Origin: Leucoraja erinacea
Taxonomy: Eukaryota
Length of the DNA stretch: 45,110 bases
Reading direction: 5' to 3'
NCBI RefSeq assembly: GCF_028641065.1
Contig: NW_026576170.1
Location: forward strand, 1 to 45,110
Part shown: in pieces, positions 1 to 13,154 of the stretch
Layout of the letters: each line of letters begins with the position of its first letter
Position numbering within the stretch: the first letter of the stretch is position 1
The notes under the pieces: generated by a model
What the model was told of the DNA's origin: nothing
The model's input: the letters and a program-made list of their open reading frames with translations, nothing else
The model's database searches: none
Position numbers and translations under genes: made by a program

Positions 1-125
1 TCTGTGCTCCGTGCTGAGGGCGGCATCTGTGTGAACAGAATCGTCATGTCTGGTGTCCGGAAAACACATGGATTGGGTTTAGATTTATAATGGTCAGAGA
101 TATAGTGATGAACTATGCTTTACAT

Positions 126-2570
126 CCCTTCCCTTCTCCGACACCTCGCCCCAGCTTCCTCCGAGAAATCACCTTCCGTAATCTAAAATCCATTGATCCC
201 CACCATCTCTCTGACCTGCTCTCCACCACTCTCCCCCTGGACTCAACCCATATCTAACCTGATGATCTCACAAACCATCTCAACTCCACCTTGTCTACCT
301 CCCTTAACACTATGCCCCCCCTCAAAACAAGAACCGTAACTTTCAACACATCTTCACCCTGGTACACACCTGCACTTCGTGAACTGAAACAGACTGATCG
401 CCGACTTGAACGACTCACAAATAAATAATCTCTCACTGTCCACCTTGAAGCTTACAAACTCCACCTCACTGACTACAAAGATGCCCTCATTGCTGCAAAA
501 TCTGCCTACCTCTCCTCCATATTCACCGATTCCTGACTAAACCACAGAACCCTCTTCTCCACAGTGGGAAACCTCCTCAAGCCTCGAGCCAACACTCTCC
601 CTCCCTCTACTCCAGATCTCTGCAACTCATTCCTCCACTTTTTCGCTGATAAAATCAGCACCATCTATCAATCTTTATCCCCTGTACCCGACTCCCCAGC
701 ATCTACTCCACCACCTACCAAGGCCCCTCCTTTCAACATCTCCACTGACCTCCTTACCCCTCCTCCACACTGCTTCCTCTCCCAGTTTGTCCTGGTCACC
801 CCTATTGAAATCTCCAAACTCATCAGCTCTTCCAAACCCACTACCTGCTCCCTCGACCTTCCCCCCACTCCCTCTGCTGAAGTCCTGCCTCCCCGTTCTC
901 TGCCCCTACCTCACTAATCTCTTCAACTCCTCATTGTCCCAAGGAATTGTCCCCTCCGCTTTCAAAACTGCTGCTGTCACACCAATCTTAAAGAAACCTG
1001 GTCTTGATCCCTCCTCTCTCATTAACTACCGCCCAATCTCAAACCTCCCCTTTCTTTCAAAAACCCTGGAGCGTATCGTTGCGTCGCAACTTCATTCCCA
1101 CCTCCTTGCGTATAACCTACTTGAACCCCTCCAATCTGGCTTTCGCCCCCTCCATAGCACAGAAACTGCTCTCCTCAAAGTCCTCAACGACCTCCTTACC
1201 TCTGCTGACACTGGTTCCCTCAACATCCTCATCCTCCTCGACCTGAGCGCAGCCTTCGATACAGTGAACCATAACATCCTGCTCACCAGACTCAAAGACC
1301 TCGGCATTGAAGGCTCTGCACTCAGCTGGCTCCGTTCCTACCTTTCCAACAGATCCCACTTCATCTCTCTCCACAACCACACCTCTGCAACAGCCACGGT
1401 CACTCAAGGCGTTCCCCAAGGCTCCGTACTCGGCCGCCTCCTCTTCATCATCTACATCCTCCCCGTTGGTCAGATACTCCGCCACTTCAATCTGGACTTC
1501 CACCGTTACGCCGATGACACCCAGATCTACCTCGGCACCAAACCCCCCCCCACACACCCCCCCCCCCCCCTCTCCCATATCAACTCCTGTTTGTCAGCTA
1601 TAAAAACCTGGATGCAACATAACTTCCTCAAACTCAACAGCGATAAGACAGAATTCCTCCTCATAGGCTCCAAAGCCACACACAGCAAAATCAATAACCC
1701 CACTCTCACCATCGACGACACCACAGTCTCCCCATCTCCCCAGGCCCGCAACCTTGGCGTGATCTTTGATTCCACCCTCTCCCTTGAGCCTCACATCCGC
1801 CATGCCATTAAAACCTCCTTCTTTCATCTCCGCAACATCGCCAAACTCAGACCCTCTCTCACACCTCCCGCTGCTGAAAGACTCATCCATGCCTTCATCT
1901 CCTCCCGACTGGACTATTGCAACTCACTTATCCTTGGCATCAGCTCCACCCACATCAACCGAATCCAACTGGTCCAGACCGCAGCCGCCCGACTCATCAC
2001 CCCACACCAAACCCTGGCATCACATCACTCCAGTCCTCAAACAACTTCACTGGCTTCCCATCTCCCACCGGATCACCTACAAAATCCTGATCTTCACCTA
2101 CAAAGCCCTCCACCATCTGGCCCCCCATATCTCACTGACCTCCTCTCCCCCTACCAACCCTCACGGTTCCTCAGATCCTCATCAGCCGGTCTCCTCTCCA
2201 TCCACAAGTCCAACCTCCGCAGTTTTGGGGACAGAGCCTTCACCAGGGCAGCTCCCAGGCTCTGGAACTCCCTCCCCCAACTGATCCGCAATTCCGTGTC
2301 CCTCGCCATCTTCCAGTCCCACCTCAAGACCCATCTCTTCACTTCTGCCTATCCTTAGCCCCACGTCCCCCTCCCTTTTCATCTGTGCATTAATTGCCTC
2401 ATATTGTGTTTTGAATTTGAATTATGTCTTTACTTTGTGTACTAGTGATGTCTCTACTATTTATTTCATTCCCCTTACATGTTTTTCCTCTACCTGCTAA
2501 ATTTTTGTAAGGTGTCCTTGAGACTCTTGAAAGGCGCTCATAAATAAAATTTATTATTATTATTATTATT
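126..2570 (+). mobile_element. 5'-truncated L2-clade LINE with a nearly intact RT domain and a few frameshifts
   Basis: ORF 787-2358 has YRPISNLPFLSK, QSGFRPLHSTETAL, LDLSAAFDTV, GVPQGSVLG and YADDTQ motifs. The 3' tail is AATAAA followed by (ATT)n. It interrupts a V 3'-flank sequence that is continuous in other copies, with TTACAT on both sides. Confidence 0.93.
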
Positions 2571-3888
2571 ACATGCTCGCTGACAGACCAGATAACGATC
2601 TATAAATACAACCCATTCAAACCGAAGTGCAATAGATAGAGCAAAGGGAAAGATAAGGAATTCAGAATAAAGTTCTTCACATTGTAGCGCATCAATTCCA
2701 GAATCAAATCCCAATGTCCACAATGGGGTCGATGTGCTCCGGCCTGTACTCTACTTTATGGAGTTAAATCCTGTAGTACCCTGCCGAAGATAGACACAAA
2801 ATGCAGGCGGGACAGGAGGCATATCCGGAGAGAAGATGGGTGACGTTTCGGGTCGAGACTGAGATTCAGGGGAGAGGGAGACTAGAGATATGGAAGCGTA
2901 AGGTGTGAAAACGATACATTAAAGCGGACGGTGATCCAGGAAAATTCGAATGTCATTGGGGAGGGGAGAGGGGTGGGGAAGGCAACAACGTGGCATTCAA
3001 ACATACACTTTAGAGCGATAATGAATGATACCGAGATTGAAAATGTATCGCTTTTTGGCGACGAGGATAAACATCATCTTCTTCATCTGTGTGTTCCTTA
3101 CATTGGCGATATTCGGCTCGAGTGGGGAATGCAATGTTGCTCATTGCATCTGAGCGCAGTACATCGAGTCCTTTATTGCCAACGTCATCGCAGACGCGGA
3201 CAAGAGGAGAGCGATTCCACACTTGCTCGTTGCTAGCACCGCTGAAGCCTGGCGCGGCTCCTATTTCTGAGTTGGTGTCAACCATGCAACACCAGCCCCA
3301 GAATCCATCCGTGGTCGGCAAAAGGAAAGGGCTCGATGAACGGAAACGATGACGTAGTGAGTCTGTGTAACCTACAACACATCACGTGATATCTATGTGT
3401 TTGCAAAACCTCATTTTGACACTTCCTACTTGAAGCAGGAAGCCCCATCTACCGCCCTCGTTGTGCAGTTTGCCAGGATACTGGTCCCAACAGGGTTCAA
3501 GTGGACACAGCTCCAGCAAATGGTTTTATGTTTTTGCTGTAGATTACATCACCCCTCATCTGTTGAGTCAGTGTAACCATCGGGTTACAGAACCAAAACG
3601 ATTAGGAAAAAGGAGGGGCAGAGTGGTTCCAGTCAATTAGAGGCCGGGGCGGACATTAGTGGCGAAGTTAACAATATTAGCCTGTACTGCCGGGTTCCAA
3701 GAGGCAGTCCACAATCCGCAGTCCGCGCAGGGGAGGCCCAATGGGGAAATTTGCGAGAATGTGTTTGGAACAAAGGATGCTCCATATGGTCAACAAAGAA
3801 ACAGGCATCGTACCAATCCCTGCTGTTATCTGCACCCGTCTCGACACTCCAAAGACGTACACGTTTTGTAGGCGAATTGGCTTGTTTT

Positions 3889-4866
3889 AAACATAGAAAC
3901 ATAGAAATTAGGTGCAGGAGGAGGCAATTCGGCCCTTCGAGCCTGCACCGCCATTCAATATGATCATGGCTGATCACCCAACTCAGTATCCCGTACCTGC
4001 CTTCTCTCCATACCCTCTGATCCCTTTAGCCACAAGGGCCACATCTAACTCCCTCTTAAATATAGCAAATGAACTGGCCTCAACTACCCTCTGTGGCAGA
4101 GAGTTCCAGAGATTCACCACTCTCTGTGTGAAAAAAGTTCTTCTCATCTCGGTTTTAAATGGATTTCCCCCTTATCCTTAAGCTGTGACCCCTTGTCCTG
4201 GACTTCCCCAACATCGGGAACAATCTGCCTGCATCTAGCCTGTCCAACCCCTTAAGAATTTTGTAAGTTTCTATAAGATCCCCTCTCAATCTCCTAAATT
4301 CTAGAGAGTATAAACCAAGTCTATGCAGTCTTTCTTCATAAGACAGTCCTGACATCCCAGGAATCAGTCTGGTGAACCTTCTCTGCACCCCCTCTATGGC
4401 AATAATGTCCTTCCTCAGATTTGGAGACCAAAACTGCACGCAATACTCCAGGTGTGGTCTCACCAAGACCCTGTACAACTGCAGTAGAACCTCCCTGCTC
4501 CTATTCTAAAATCGTTTTGCTATGAAAGCTAACATACCATTCGCTTTCTTCACTGCCAGCTGCACCTGCATGCCTACTTTCAATGACTGGTGTACCATGA
4601 CACCCAGGTCTCGCTGCATCTCCCCTTTTCCTAATCGGCCACCATTTTGATAATAGTCTGCTTTCCTGTTTTTGCCACCAAAATGGATAACCTCACATGT
4701 ATCCACATTATACTGCATCTGCCAAACATTTTCCCACTCACCCAGGCTATCCAAGTCACCTTGCAGTCTCCTAGCATCCTCCTCACAGCTAACACTGCCC
4801 CCCAGCTTAATGTCATCCGTAAACTTGGAGATATTGCCTTCAATTCCCTCATGCAGATCATTAATA
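3889..4866 (-). mobile_element. CR1-clade LINE 3' fragment inserted in a V-SINE
   Basis: Minus-strand ORFs LVRPHLEYCVQFWSP...EGVQRRFTRLIPG and WQMQYNVDTCEVIHFG, and a (TTTCTATG)n tail near 3889-3907. Confidence 0.9.
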
Positions 4867-5495
4867 TAAATGTAAAATTGTCCCCTCTGTGTGACGGATA
4901 TTATTGATGTGCGGGGATTACTGGTAGGTGCGGACGGTGGGCCGAAGGGTCAGATTGCGCGCTGTATCTCTGAACTACACGATACAAAACTCAGTCCCTT
5001 GGGTACTGGCAACATCATCGCAAGTTTTTTCTGCACCCTTCCCTGCTTGACAACATCTTTCATATGACAAATGCGTAAAACGGAACGGTGGCCTCGTATC
5101 CTAACTTGCATCGAATCCGTTCCTTGCGATTTTTAATTGCGAATGGGGATAATTTCTAACTCGGAGATAAATTTAAACAGAACGTACATATTGCCAGATA
5201 TTCAACGTTACCTATAATTCCTTCATTTATCCCGCTCCTCACAGTTCCTTTATATTATGACATCTTACAGTTCCTCATGAGGCCGAGTCGAGTGTTCCCC
5301 GTTACAGCGGTGAGGATGTGAAAGAACGCTGACCGAGTCCCAACTGGGGAGGAAGTTGAGGTAGGCGGAAGTCAGTGTCTTCCCGCCCACCGTTACCACA
5401 GCGCCACCAGCACCAGCAGGAGAGGCGACAACATCCGAAAGCCGCACAGCACCAGGTCGATGAGAGAATTTCACAAAGGGTTTTTCACAGGGAAA

Positions 5496-6429
5496 ATGCG
5501 CGTACTTGCCATTTGGATTGTGTGGGGAGCATGCCTGATAGGTAAAGTCGCAACAGTTAATCCGGCTACTTACTCCGACGGAACGTCGACCATCATTGTG
5601 AATGCGAAACCGGTCTAATCTTTCCCTATATGTAAATGGAAAGCCGGGTACTATCTAATCGCCATCCATATGCCTTGGAGAAAATGAATTGGTATGGGTA
5701 ATGTTTTGGGTCGAGACCCTTCTTCAGGTCACCTATTCGTTTTGTCAAGAGCGGCTGGCTGATCCGCTGATTTACTTCAGCTTCTTGTGTCTAACCTCGG
5801 TTTAATACAGCATCTGTAGTTCATTCCTACCTATAAGACGTGGCAATGCTCGATTCACCTCGATATGCAAGGGAACTATGCGATACATATCCACCCCAGT
5901 GTCGACATTGACCTTTGTCTCTGGAACGGATTCGCTACAATAATTATTATTTAATTCTGCACTCGCTATCTTCCCTATGTCTATCTATTGGGCGTGTGTT
6001 TGGTTTGATTGTATTTAAGTATATTATCAGTTGATGTGTTTGGGTGACATATAATACAAAGGTCCTCCGCGTATTTCGGTGCACGCATGACAAACCTAAA
6101 CTCTATCCATATATTTTTTCAGATCCCAATCATGGAGATACCGTCACACAATCGCTGCCGTCAGCACAGAAGGTGGAAGGAGAGTCGGTGACTTTCAGCT
6201 GCACCTATGATACCGCAGAAACGCGCTACTACTTATTTTGGTACCGGCATCATCAGGATTCAATGCCCGAGTTCATACTGAGGAAATATTCACATGGAAA
6301 CGTGGAGAAAGCCGGTTTTGCAGGCGCTCGCTTCTCTTTCCAGCTCCAGACCGATAGAAAATTAGTCAGTTTAACCCTATCAGGGCTGGAGCTGAGCGAC
6401 TCTGCAGTTTATTACTGCGCCTTTAGCCT
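5496..6429 (+). CDS. TRAV/TRDV: TCR alpha/delta V gene segment, family A (V1), intact; leader 5496-5541, V exon 6123-6429
   Basis: Leader MRVLAIWIVWGACLI-G|gtaaag (phase 1) and tttttcag acceptor. The V domain reads DTVTQ...FSCTYDTAETRYYLFWYRH...LSDSAVYYCAFS and is followed by a 23-RSS. Confidence 0.93.
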
Positions 6430-6468
6430 CACAGTGATGGAAACCACTGAAACCTTCATACAAAAACA
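6430..6468 (+). promoter_or_regulatory. 23-RSS of V1
   Basis: CACAGTG + 23 nt + ACAAAAACA. Confidence 0.95.
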
Positions 6469-7114
6469 TCAGCTTCTGCTTTGCCTGCTGCAGCGAGATA
6501 CGCCTGCACCGAGCTTGCTGCTTGTGGTTTCCAGCCGCCTGAGAATTCTTCCCAACTCACTCAGTTTCTCTCGAGGGCGGCTTGCGGTGTCATCGGCGCA
6601 GCTGAAACCCACATCTTGTGTCTATCTTCGGCAGGGAACTGTAAGATTTAACTTCATAAAGTAGAGTACAGGCCGGTGCACATCGTCCCCATTGTGGACA
6701 TTGGGATTTGATTCTGGAATTGATGCGCTACAATGTGGAGAATTCTGCACTCTGTATCTTTCCCTTTGCTCTATCTATTGCACTTCGGTTTGAATGGGTT
6801 GTATTTATGGATAGTTATCTGGTCTGCCAGCTAGTATATAAAGCATAGTTTATCACTATATCTCTGACCATTATAAATCTAAACCCAATCCACGTGTTTT
6901 CCACACACCAGACATGGCGATTCTGTTCACACAGATGCCGCCCTCAGCACGGAGCACAGAAAGGGAGTCGATGGGTTTCAGCTGCGCCGATGACATGGCA
7001 AGCCGCCCTCGAGAGAAACCGAGTGATTTGTGAAGAATTCTCAGGCGGCGGGAAACCAGAACCAGCAAGCGCGGTGCAGACGTATCTCACTGCAGCAGGC
7101 AAAGCAGAAACTGA

Positions 7115-7153
7115 TGTTTTTGTATGAAGGTTTCACTGGTTTCCATCACTGTG
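7115..7153 (-). promoter_or_regulatory. 23-RSS of V2
   Basis: On the plus strand TGTTTTTGT + 23 nt + CACTGTG. Confidence 0.95.
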
Positions 7154-8080
7154 AGACTAAAGGCGCAGTAATAAACTGCAGAGTCGCTCAGCTCCAGCCC
7201 CGATAGGGTTAAACTGACGAATTTTCGATCGGTCTGGAGCTGGGAAGAGAAGCGATCGCCTGCAAATTCGGCTTTCTCCCCGGTTCCATGTGAATATTTC
7301 CTCAGTATGAACTCGGGCCTTGAATCCTGATGATGCCGGTACCAAAATAAGAAGTAGTACGTTGCTGCGGTATCATAGGTGCAGCTGAAAGTCACCGACT
7401 CTCCTTCTACCTTCTGTGCTGACGGCAGCGATTGTGTGACGGTATCTCCATGATTGGGATCTGAAAAATATATGGATTAGGTTTAGGTTTGTCATGCGTG
7501 CACCGGAATACGCGGAAGATTTTGTATTACATGTCACCCAAACACATCAACTGATAATATACTTAAATACACTCAAATCAAACGCACGTTCAATAGATAG
7601 ACAAAGGGAAGATAGAAAGTGCAGAATAAAGTTATTATTATTGTAGCGAATCAGTTCCAGAGACAAAGGCCAATGTCGACACTGGGGTAGATATGCATCG
7701 CATAGTTCACTTGCATATCGAGGTGAATCGAACATTGCCGCGGCTGAGAGGTAGGAAGGAACTGCAGATGCTGACTTAAACCGAAGTTAGACACAAAAAG
7801 CTGGAGTAACTCAGCGGGTCAGGCAGCCTCTCTTGGCAAAAGGAATAGGTGACCTGAAGAAGGGTCTCGACCCGAAACATTACCTTTACCAATTCATTTT
7901 ATCTATGGAATATGGATGGCGATTAGATAGTACCCGGCTTTCCATTTACATATAGGGAAAGATTAGACCGGTTCGCATTCACATGGTCGACGTTCCGTCG
8001 GAGCAAGTAGCCGGATTAACTGTTGCGATTTTACCTATCAGGCATGCTCCCCACACAATCCAAATGGCAAATACGTGCAT
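7154..8080 (-). CDS. TRAV/TRDV: TCR alpha/delta V gene segment, family A (V2), intact and inverted; leader 8080-8035, V exon 7460-7154
   Basis: Leader MHVFAIWIVWGACLI-G and an open 307-nt V exon CTYDTAATYYFLFWY...YYCAFS, with GT/AG sites intact. Confidence 0.92.
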
Positions 8081-8634
8081 TTTCCCTGTGACAAACTATT
8101 TGTGAAATTCCCTCCTCGACCTGGTGCTGTGCGGCTTTCGGATGTTCTCGCCTCTCCTGCTGGTGCTGGTGGCGCTGTGGTAACGGTGGGCGGGGAGCGA
8201 CTGACTTCCGCCTACCCCAGCTTCCTGCCCAGTTGGGACTCGGTCAGCGTTCTTTCAGGTTAGGCATGTAGTGACTGGTCCTCATCGCTGTAACAGGGAA
8301 AACGCGACTGGGCTTTTGTGAGGAACTCTAAGGCATCATAATGTAAAGCAACTATGAGGAGCGGGTCAATGCGGGAGTTATAGGCTACGTTGATTGCCTG
8401 GTGAAATGTACTTTCTGTTTAAATTTAATTCCGAGTTAGAAATGGCCCCCATTCCCACATCGAACCGCAAGTAACGGATTCGATGCGAGATAGAAGCAAG
8501 TTAGCATGCGGGGCCACCTTTAGAGTACTGCGTTCCGTTTTGCGCACTTGTCATATGAAAGATGTTGTCCAGCAGGAAAGGGTGCAGAGAAAACTTGCGA
8601 TGATATTGCCAGCACTAAAGGGACTGGGTTTTGT

Positions 8635-8930
8635 ATTGAGATAGAGCGCGGAAACTGGCCCTTCGGCCCACCGAGTCCGCACCTACCAGTGACCCCACAC
8701 ATCAACAATACCGTACACACACTAGGGACAATTTTACATTTTCTAACAAGCCAAGTAACCTGCAAACATGTACGTCCTTGAAGTGTGGGCGGAAACCCAA
8801 GATCTCAGAGAAAAACCTACGTAAGTCACTTGGAGAGCGTACACACTGTACATACAAGCACCCGTAGTCGGGATACCCGGGTCTCTGGCGCAGTAAGGAA
8901 GTAGCTATACCGCTACGTCACCGTGCCGCC
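8635..8930 (-). mobile_element. tRNA-derived V-SINE (HE1-like) copy
   Basis: Reverse complement of the GGCGGCACGGTG head, central V-domain-like core and GTGGGCCGAAGGGCC tail; recurs many times in the window. Confidence 0.7.
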
Positions 8931-8946
8931 GTGCCACCGAGCTACA

Positions 8947-9480
8947 TGGTGAGGATGAGGTGGCTAGGACTTTATTCCATGATGCGCAGGGGGGTGAAGG
9001 GTGTCCAAAATAATGAGAGGGATAGATCGAGTAAACGCACAGAGTCACTTGCCCCGTATAGGGGAATAGAGAACNNNNNNNNNNNNNNNNNNNNNNNNNN
9101 NNNNNNNNNNNNNNNNNNNNNNNNNNNNNNNNNNNNNNNNNNNNNNNNNNNNNNNNNNNNNNNNNNNNNNNNNNNNNNNNNNNNNNNNNNNNNNNNNNNN
9201 NNNNNNNNNNNNNNNNNNNNNNNNNNNNNNNNNNNNNNNNNNNNNNNNNNNNNNNNGAGGGGTAATCTTTTTACACAAACGGTGGTGGGTGTCTGGATCA
9301 AGCTGCCGGGGTTGGTAGTTGAGGCAGGTACCATCGTAACATTTAGACAGGCACATGGAAAAGATAGGCATGGAGGAATATGGGCCAAGCGCAGGCCGGT
9401 GGGATTAATGTAGATGGGACATATTTGTCGGTGTGGGCAGGATGGGATGAAGAGTCCGTTCCCATGCTGTATGACTCTCT
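8947..9480 (+). mobile_element. Degenerate CR1-like LINE 3' fragment spanning the assembly gap
   Basis: RGNLFTQTVVGVW..LP..VVEAGT remnant resembling the CR1 ORF2 C-terminus. Confidence 0.6.
9075..9256. other. Assembly gap (182 N)
   Basis: Run of N. Confidence 1.
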
Positions 9481-9979
9481 GAGTCTAACTTGGAGAAACC
9501 CCTGTTTCCCCTTCCCCTCCCCCGCTTAGGTTCCCTCGCATTCTCTCACCATCTTGTACCCGAATTCCCCTTTGTCCCTTAAAATAACGTTTTATTTTAC
9601 TGTTTCACGTTATAGGTGACAATAATAAACCAAATCTAAACTAAATTGAACTAAACTAAACCAAATGAAACCAAACTGAACTGAACGTCATGAAACTCAC
9701 AGACATGATTTGGGAGCCGTTCAACGCACAATGACCTTCAGGTATATACGTGTCGTTACGTTATCTCATCATATAACACCGAGCTCCTTGGGTAACACTA
9801 TTTTGCTTTTATTGCTTCAGATTTTCCCTTATAAGGGCAGTGACTCCAGCGCAGCTGTTCCATCAACAGATAGACCCCACCCCGCTCACCGCTATTGGAG
9901 AGCCAACGGAGACACGGGGTAACAACGAGGGAGCGCTCTGATTGCCGACGGCACATCAACGACTCAGCTGACAGACACC

Positions 9980-10446
9980 ATGTGGTTCCTCATTATCTGG
10001 ATGGCGTGGGGAACATTTTTGATAAGTAACAGCGACACACATGCATTTCCCCTTCTCTTTTACTTGTGAAACTGGGTATGATTCTGAGACTTTAAATCTC
10101 GCTCATCTGATATTTTTGTCCCGTTTGGATCTATTTTTACAGATCACGGCCGTGCAGATTCTGTCACTCAGTCGCCGCCATTAGCAGTGAAGACAGAAGG
10201 AGAAGCAGTGACGTTGGAATGCACCTACAAAACCCCGGGTGCCTACACGATATTCTGGTATCGACAGATGCCCGGCTCAGAGCCCGAGTTCACTTTACGG
10301 AAAGACAGCGATAGCTATGAATTGAAAGCGGAGTTTGCTAAAAGTCGTTTCACTGTCGAACTCCGCACCGAGAGTAAATTCATCAGTTTGACCATCTCAG
10401 ATCTGGAGCTGAGCGACTCTGCAGTTTATTACTGCGCTTTGAGCCG
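9980..10446 (+). CDS. TRAV/TRDV: TCR alpha/delta V gene segment, family B (V3), intact; leader 9980-10025, V exon 10143-10446
   Basis: Leader MWFLIIWMAWGTFLI-A|gtaac resembles the family A leader; 117-nt intron. The V reads DSVTQSPP...VTLECTYKTPGAYTIFWYRQMPG...LSDSAVYYCALS. Confidence 0.92.
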
Positions 10447-10484
10447 CACAGTGATGCGAATCAGTATACGCCCGTACAGAAACA
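10447..10484 (+). promoter_or_regulatory. RSS of V3 (22-nt spacer, 23-class)
   Basis: CACAGTG + 22 nt + ACAGAAACA. Confidence 0.9.
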
Positions 10485-11086
10485 CCAGGCGCATTGTGGC
10501 TCGCGCTGGAATCTAATGCAAGGCTCACACGGGTTCCTGTTCGCGGTTTACTGTAATTCTGAGAATTGTTTCCAAAGTCGTTTTTGGTACGATTTGCGCA
10601 GGTGCGCCGGTGGCTTGCTTCCTATTCGTTGAGAGCTGTCACCCTTCCGTTACTGGTCCATGTTCTTGTCTATTCTCTGCTCCGTGTCTCTCTCTCGTTA
10701 CAACAGCTCCGAAATGAAAATCTCGCATCTTCCCAGCTTCTCAGAAAACGCGGTATTCGAAATGTTCTTTGTTCTATTCGGTTTCCAAAATTCTTTATTC
10801 AAAGTCTCCCATGAATTGTGATCATTTCCCGCTGATTACGATGATCACAATGCCAATAATAAGCTATTTTAGTCCAGGCTGCTAAACAGGGTTTGTCCAC
10901 TGCTCCGACAGCGCCACAGACACGGGTGTGAACCTGACCTCGCCGTTGTCGGTGCGTAGTTTGCACGTTCTCCTGTTCGTCCAAATCGATCGTAATATAT
11001 CGGCTAGTTGCAGAATATCTTATTCAGAATAGGGGAAACAACAACCCGAGGGCATGGGTATAACGTAGAGGGGGGCGGGGGTGTTG

Positions 11087-11100
11087 GGTGTGTGTATGTA

Positions 11101-11148
<48 letters not shown>
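11087..11148. repeat. (GT)n microsatellite followed by poly-G
   Basis: Directly visible. Confidence 0.9.
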
Positions 11149-11149
<1 letters not shown>

Positions 11150-11366
11150 TAATAGAAACCTGAGGGGTAACCTTTTCCACACACGTATGGAACGAGCTGC
11201 CGGAGGCAGTTGAGGCAACGAGTATCGTAACGTTGAAGAAACATTGATACAGGGACATGCATTGGACAGGTTTAGAAGGATATGGGCAAAACGCAGGCAG
11301 GCGGGTGTACTAAAATTCTGGAGTAACTCAGCGGGCAGGCAGCGAGACCGAACTGACACATTAGTC

Positions 11367-11597
11367 AGCCCCATTGATTAACACTATCCTACACACACTG
11401 GGGACAATTTGCACTTACACCAAGCCAATTAACCTGCATACTTGTACGCCACAGATCTCGGAGAAAAACCCACGAGGTCACGGCGAGAAGCTACAAACTC
11501 CGTACAGACAGCACCCGTAGTCGGGATCGAACTCGGGTCTCCGGCGCTGCAAGTGCTGTAAGGCAGCAGCTCTACTGCTGCGCCACCGTGGCCGCCC
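11367..11597 (-). mobile_element. V-SINE copy
   Basis: Same family as 8635-8930; partial copies recur near 15570, 20750, 24660 and 32783. Confidence 0.7.
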
Positions 11598-11990
11598 GGA
11601 ATTTAATTTGGTTGGGTTGGAATGGTGGGCAGGATAAATAATTCACGCGAATACTTTGAGGTTTGGGAGAGCACCGTGAATGTTGGTAAATGAACACAAC
11701 GCATTTTCGCGGACAATAATAAAGATAGGCAATAAGTTAAAAAAAAGGTTTCCACACGATAAAAAAAACCCCTTCAAAATGACAAAATTGCCATCTCCTC
11801 CTTAAATAAACTGTGATCTGGTAAATGTTTGATGAAGCGGGTAGTTGATCTCATCATTGAAACAGGAGATTAAATAATTTCGTACCCGGCTTTCCATTTA
11901 CATGTAGGGAAAGATTAGACCGGTTGGCATTCACAATGATGGTCGACATTCCGTCGGAGCAAGTAGCTGGATTAACTGTTGAGACTTTAC

Positions 11991-12036
11991 CTGTCAGGCA
12001 TGCCCTCCACACAATGCAAATGGCAAAAACGCGCAT
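11991..12036 (-). pseudogene. Orphan family A leader exon; V exon deleted
   Basis: MRVFAICIVWRACLT-G|gtaaag. Intron homology stops at about 11882 and no V exon follows. Confidence 0.8.
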
Positions 12037-12578
12037 TTCCCCCGAGAAAACCCCTTTGAGAATGTGTCTCCTCGACCTGGTGCTCTGCGGCTTTCGGATG
12101 TTCGGTACTTGGGATGGTATTGCCAGCACCCAAGGGACTGAGTTTGTTTCGTGTAGTTCAGAGATACAGCGCGGAAACGGGCCCTTCGGCCCACCGAGTC
12201 CGCACCTACCAGTTATCCGCGCTCATCAACAATACCCAACACACACTAGGGACAATTTTACATTGATAACAAGCCAATTAACCTACAAACATGGACGCCT
12301 TTGGAGTGTGGGCGGAAACCCAATATCGCGGGGAAAACGCACGCAAGGCGCGGGGAGAGCGTACAAACTGTGTACAGACAATGGTTCATATTAAAGCCCC
12401 ACCACACACACACACACCACCAACCTGTATCCTCTGGTTCTCTATTCCTCTATACGGGGCAAGTGACTCTGTGCGTTTACCAGATCTACTCCTCTCACGA
12501 TTTTGGACACCCTTCACCCCCCTGCGCATCGTGGAATAGTCCTAGCCACCTCATCCTCACCATGTAGCACAGTAGCAC

Positions 12579-13154
12579 GGCGGCACGGTGACGTAACGGT
12601 ATAGCTACTTCCTTACTGCGCCAGAGACACGGGTATCCTGACTACGGGTGCTTGTATGTACAGTTTGTACGCTCTCGCCGTGACTTGCGAGGGCTTTCTC
12701 CGAGATCTTGGGGTTTCGCCCACAATCCAAAGACGTACATGTTTGTAGGTTAAGTGGCTTGTTATAAACACCAACACAATGGAACAGCATCCCTCTTCCC
12801 ATCAGAACAGCCCCCTCCATCAACTCTTTTAAGTCTAGACTGAAAACCTATTTCTACTCTCAAGCCTTTCTTGAGGTCCCCTGAGGGAGCGCTGCATGTG
12901 TGTACTTCTGTATGTATTGTTGATTTATGTACAACTGTTTGTAGCACGTTTAGTACCTGCACTAATGTAAAGCACTTTGCACAACGAGAGTTGTTTTTAA
13001 ATGTGCTATAGAAATAAAATTGACTTGACTTGACTTGATCAATGTAAAATTGTCCCTAGTGTGTGTAGGGTATTGTTGATGTGCGGGGATCACTGGTAGG
13101 TGCGGACACAGTGGGCCGAAGGGCCAGTTTCCGCGCTGTATCTCTGAACTACAC
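12579..13154 (+). mobile_element. V-SINE interrupted by an L2 3'-end fragment (about 12768-13037)
   Basis: The insert encodes FKSRLKTYFYSQAF and ends in a (TTGAC)n tail. The same composite lies at about 18617-19190, 21690-22264 and 29801-30376. Confidence 0.7.

Noticed and set aside
3383-3410. Cryptic 12-RSS CACGTGA + 12 nt + TGCAAAACC
   Set aside because: Degenerate and not associated with any gene segment.
6044-6664. Single-exon ORF calls over V exons (also 14274, 20051, 31497 and 39277)
   Set aside because: They start in introns and read through the RSS. The real structure is a spliced leader (or J) plus V exon.
8142-8185. Signal-peptide-like MFSPLLLVLVAL antisense to the family A promoter
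   Set aside because: It points away from the V, the candidate donor is phase 2 and a stop follows. The true phase-1 leader was identified elsewhere.
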